From Perkinsus olseni (Eukaryota), in NCBI GenBank assembly GCA_013115125.1, contig JABANN010000013.1, positions 124,001 to 147,293 on the forward strand: a stretch of DNA of 23,293 nucleotides, written 5' to 3'. This document shows, piece after piece, positions 20,068 to 23,293 of the stretch. The translations under genes were made by a program, and so were the position numbers. A model generated the notes under the pieces. That model was given only the letters and a program-made list of their open reading frames with translations, did no database searches and was not told the origin of the DNA. Within the stretch, counting starts at the first letter, position 1. Each line of letters opens with the position of its first letter.

Positions 20068-22397
20068 ATGGACCTCCGTACTCGCCTCTCTGCTGACTAC
20101 TCCAACGCGAAGCTGATGGAACCTGATGGGGATACCTACCCCAAGGCTGCTGTCCTGCAAGTAATCATTATTGGGACATGAGTTTGTTATCGCGCAGCTG
20201 GATAGTAGCTCCTGTAGGCTATGGGCTTATGCATTAGCTGAATGCAGATAGTAAACTCTTTTGGCTTGCTGGATCTCTGGTTGACAGGTAATTGGCATGA
20301 TCAGTGATGGAGAATCTTACATGGAGGATAAGAGGATGGTTCTTCGCGGTGCGGTGATGCTCATATATCGCGAAGAGTCGTCCTGGCACTTTGTGTCTGT
20401 TCGGTGGTACTTTTCAGATGCATCAGGGCAGATCTCCGAAGCGAAAGTGAAGGGAGAGGCTGCACGCGGCGCCCGTGCCAGCGTGAGGGCCTCGCGGTCT
20501 CGCGATTTAAACGAACTCGCTTCACTCGTTCTTGGCACTCTCTTCTTCTCTTCCCGTTCCTTCCATGCCGTTCCAGATCGGCCATCTTAGGTGCTGAGCG
20601 GCGATGACAAGGCTGCAGACCTGCGCGCTATGCCGTTCGTCGATCCTATCAATGAAAAGCTGCTTCCGACTGGAGATAGCCGTGATAGCCCGCACGTCCA
20701 AGTTGGGGTTGTGTGCAGGTAGATGGCGGTGGTCACTTCATTTGGTTGTACCGTGAGTCTCCCAGGAAAGGCCGCAAGGGAAACGAGGACCATACGCCGA
20801 ATCAGGACTCCTTCAGTATTACTTTACTCGGTAGCTTCCCAAAAACATTCGTCGATGATGTGCCTCTAGCTGCCTTTATCAGATGGCAATACAGTAGTCG
20901 GGCTGGTTTGCGATGGTCATGGTCCGTTCGGCCATCTGATCAGCCAGCGCTCTACACAGTCGGCAGCGAACCTCGTCTGCCAGCGTTTGCGTGGCGCTGA
21001 TAGTAGTACTGGAGCCACTGCGAGGCCTCGGTGTTTCATATTGGCTAATGATATCACTCAGAGACTACCGGCATCGAAGCCAAGCTGAAAGCCGCTGTTC
21101 AGGAATGCCAGGATGATATAATCAGGTCAGGCATATTGGACGCTGTACTACTTACGGATATGAAAACCCTTACATCGCGCGGAGTGTATCGGGATCAGTC
21201 GCTGCTGCTGCTGCTGCTGCTGCTGCCATATGCTCGCCCATTACAGATTCGCCAAAGCTACTGGATTCCCGGCCGAAAACAGCGGCAGCAGTCTGGCCTG
21301 CTTAGTGGTGGGTTCATGTCGTCTCTGGCTTGGTATTCGTATGGTAATTTTTGGGGAGCCGCTGCTTTGCTCGTAGGTCGAGCCTTTGGACCGTGCAGCG
21401 AACAAACTAGTTGTTCATGTTGCCTGGTGTGGGGACTCTAAGATCATTGCGGGGAAGTACGACAAGAAGGATGTGGAAACCGTAATACGTAGCGCGACGT
21501 CCTTGACTGTCATTGCTCGGTTTGCAGATAGTAAAAGAGACGAAGGATCACACACCGGAAGGTAGGTGATTAGATGGTGCCTGGGTGAACACTCTTCCAG
21601 ACCCGGCCGAAGCGAAGCGGATCGACGAGCGTGGTGGGGAAATGCGGGAAATAGCCGGAGGCAGCAAGAGGATCTTCGTCAAAGGGACTAATTTGCCCGG
21701 TGAGGCCAAACTGTTGTAAGCACTCGAAATGGCGCGACCACTAGAAGTGGTGAAGAGAAAAGTGGCTTACTATCGGTTTATAGCTATTGCAAGGGAATGA
21801 TGCGCACGCCACAGCAATCAATGCACAGCACTACGAGAGGTCTTATCAAATCTAATGGACACCATGACAACGTGACGGGAGATTCGATACATCGCGCTCG
21901 TGTCAGGCCTGGCCATCACTAGGGCTATCGGCGATCTGTCGGTCACTGATTACGGTGTCATATCAGAGCCTCAATATGAACGCTGGGAATTCTCAGTGAG
22001 GGAAACGGAGAGATGCTGCTTCTCATTCTTGCCCCTTGCGTCCAGGCGAGTGACAGTATCTTCATAATAGCAGGCTCTGATGGTGTGTGGGAGTTCATGA
22101 AGGCTGAGGAAGCGCACAAGATAGTTAACAAGAAACTCAGGCTTGTAGGCTCAGGCTCACGATACCGGAGAAAGATATTCTCTCTTGTTGCAGCGCACAC
22201 AGTGGGAGACTGCGGAGCTTCTAGACGCTTGTGCCAGGAAAAGATGGGAAACGGTTGAGGCTGAGTATCCTGGTGGACTTTAAAGACGTGTATGATGACG
22301 GCATTGGCTCAGTTACTGCGACGATATCACTAACATGATATTCCGCCTTGGGATTCCCTCCCATCTGAGGAGACAGACGACTCAGGTAGAGAATTGA
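20068..22397 (+). CDS. Protein phosphatase 2C (PPM family), multi-exon; start approximate
   Basis: Spliced PPM motifs: PNQDSF, VCDGHGPFG, SGSS, AWCGDSK, TKDHTPE, LAITRAIGD, IAGSDGVWEF, YCDDIT. Stop TGA 22395-22397. Confidence 0.92.
21201..21226. repeat. (GCT)8 microsatellite within a PP2C intron
   Basis: gctgctgctgctgctgctgctgctgc. Confidence 0.9.
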
Positions 22398-22498
22398 ACA
22401 TATTCATGCTGTTGTGCGATGGTTGCTTGAAAGTGCTAACAGCCGTTGTGTTATCAGTATTCTCGTGTTCTTGCACACTACCAACCCGAAAGCGCAGC

Positions 22499-23255
22499 TC
22501 ACACAACAATTACATCCTCGACATGACCATGAACGTTGACACCTCTATAATGAGCTCCTCCGAAAGAGATCACCTGAGCCGTGGTTCGAAAAAGAGTCCT
22601 GCCCAGTTTAAGGATGAATAACGATGCCGGTGAGCTCCGTCTCGTGGTCTTTTATCTTGTCGTGGAAGGCTGGGTTCAGAATAACAGCAGACCCCTGGAG
22701 CGACACTAAGCTGAAGAGACTTCCCGGAGGGTTGAATCTGAAGAATAGAACTCCGAGGGTTCCACCAGCTTTGAACTTGTTTCTGCCCATAAAGTAGAAG
22801 TCTCCTGTGTATGAGCGGTCAGTGGCCGGCACTGGTGAACTGAGCAGACTTCCGTAGACTTCAATACGTCCCTCTGGATCCACCGTGAGCTCTACAGGCG
22901 GATTCTCTGATCCATAATGAGAGTCGCTCGGAACATCTTCAAGTTGTACGAAAGGTTTGGAGTTGAAGATGAACTGCTCGCCGGTCGCAGCAACCAAGGT
23001 GAAACTATTGAAGGAGAGCTTGACGGGATAGGTGCCAATATTCAGGATACCGCATCGTTTATTCACGTTGATTCTATTATCGTTGTTGTCGACGGTGAAG
23101 GGGCAAACTTGAGTAGTGTCGGTCTGGGCATCGTAGTGAAAGAGCATATCTACCACGGGGCCCGCGTCAGTGTCATGCCTTGTGATTCCGCAAGTGTGAG
23201 CGGATTTATGTTGGGTTTTGTGCAAGGTTGATAGGAAGACAAGGCGCAGCCGGAG
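22499..23255 (-). CDS. 3' part of a hypothetical, probably beta-strand-rich lineage-specific protein; 5' exons probably outside window
   Basis: Open exon of more than 200 codons (ORF 22608-23225, open to ~23280). A 49-nt GT-AG intron (22622-22574) joins ELTGI in frame to VISFGGAHYRGVNVHGHVEDVIVV* (TGA 22501-22499). No family recognised. Confidence 0.6.
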
Positions 23256-23293
23256 GCTGCGATGTGCCGGACTATCAACCGGTCAAAACCCGC

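Noticed and set aside
22917..23231. 104-aa + strand ORF
   Set aside because: Antisense shadow of the longer minus-strand exon.
1..23293. Spliced-leader RNA gene or relict SL (ACCGTAGCCATCTTGGCTCAAG-like)
   Set aside because: Not found by eye. The nearest, accgtagcagc at ~12994, matches only 8 nt and lies in a SET exon.

Overview
Eukaryotic, gene-dense DNA with many short (mostly ~30-80 nt) GT-AG introns. The style and gene content suggest a perkinsid alveolate (Perkinsus-like); this is inference. Manual exon splicing gives an almost unbroken run of + strand genes: the 3' part of an uncharacterised helical protein, a PHD/extended-PHD (PZP-type) zinc-finger protein, a 12-TM MFS (DHA1-like) transporter, an intronless alpha/beta hydrolase, a small signal-peptide/2-TM protein, an AKMT/PfSET7-like SET lysine methyltransferase, a D/D (Dpy-30/RIIa-like) plus ankyrin protein, a dual-specificity phosphatase and a PP2C phosphatase. 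A hypothetical - strand gene closes the window, and a small - strand membrane-protein gene may lie at about 15.4-15.9 kb. Two non-coding blocks stand out. One is a ~2.2 kb palindrome-rich region (3.3-5.4 kb) carrying a recurring CTGCGTCTACTT motif. The other is a ~0.75 kb composite minisatellite (9.76-10.5 kb) with GAA linkers and a perfect 51-bp fold-back inversion. Exon boundaries were inferred by eye, several gene ends are approximate, and family names come from motif recognition, not database searches.
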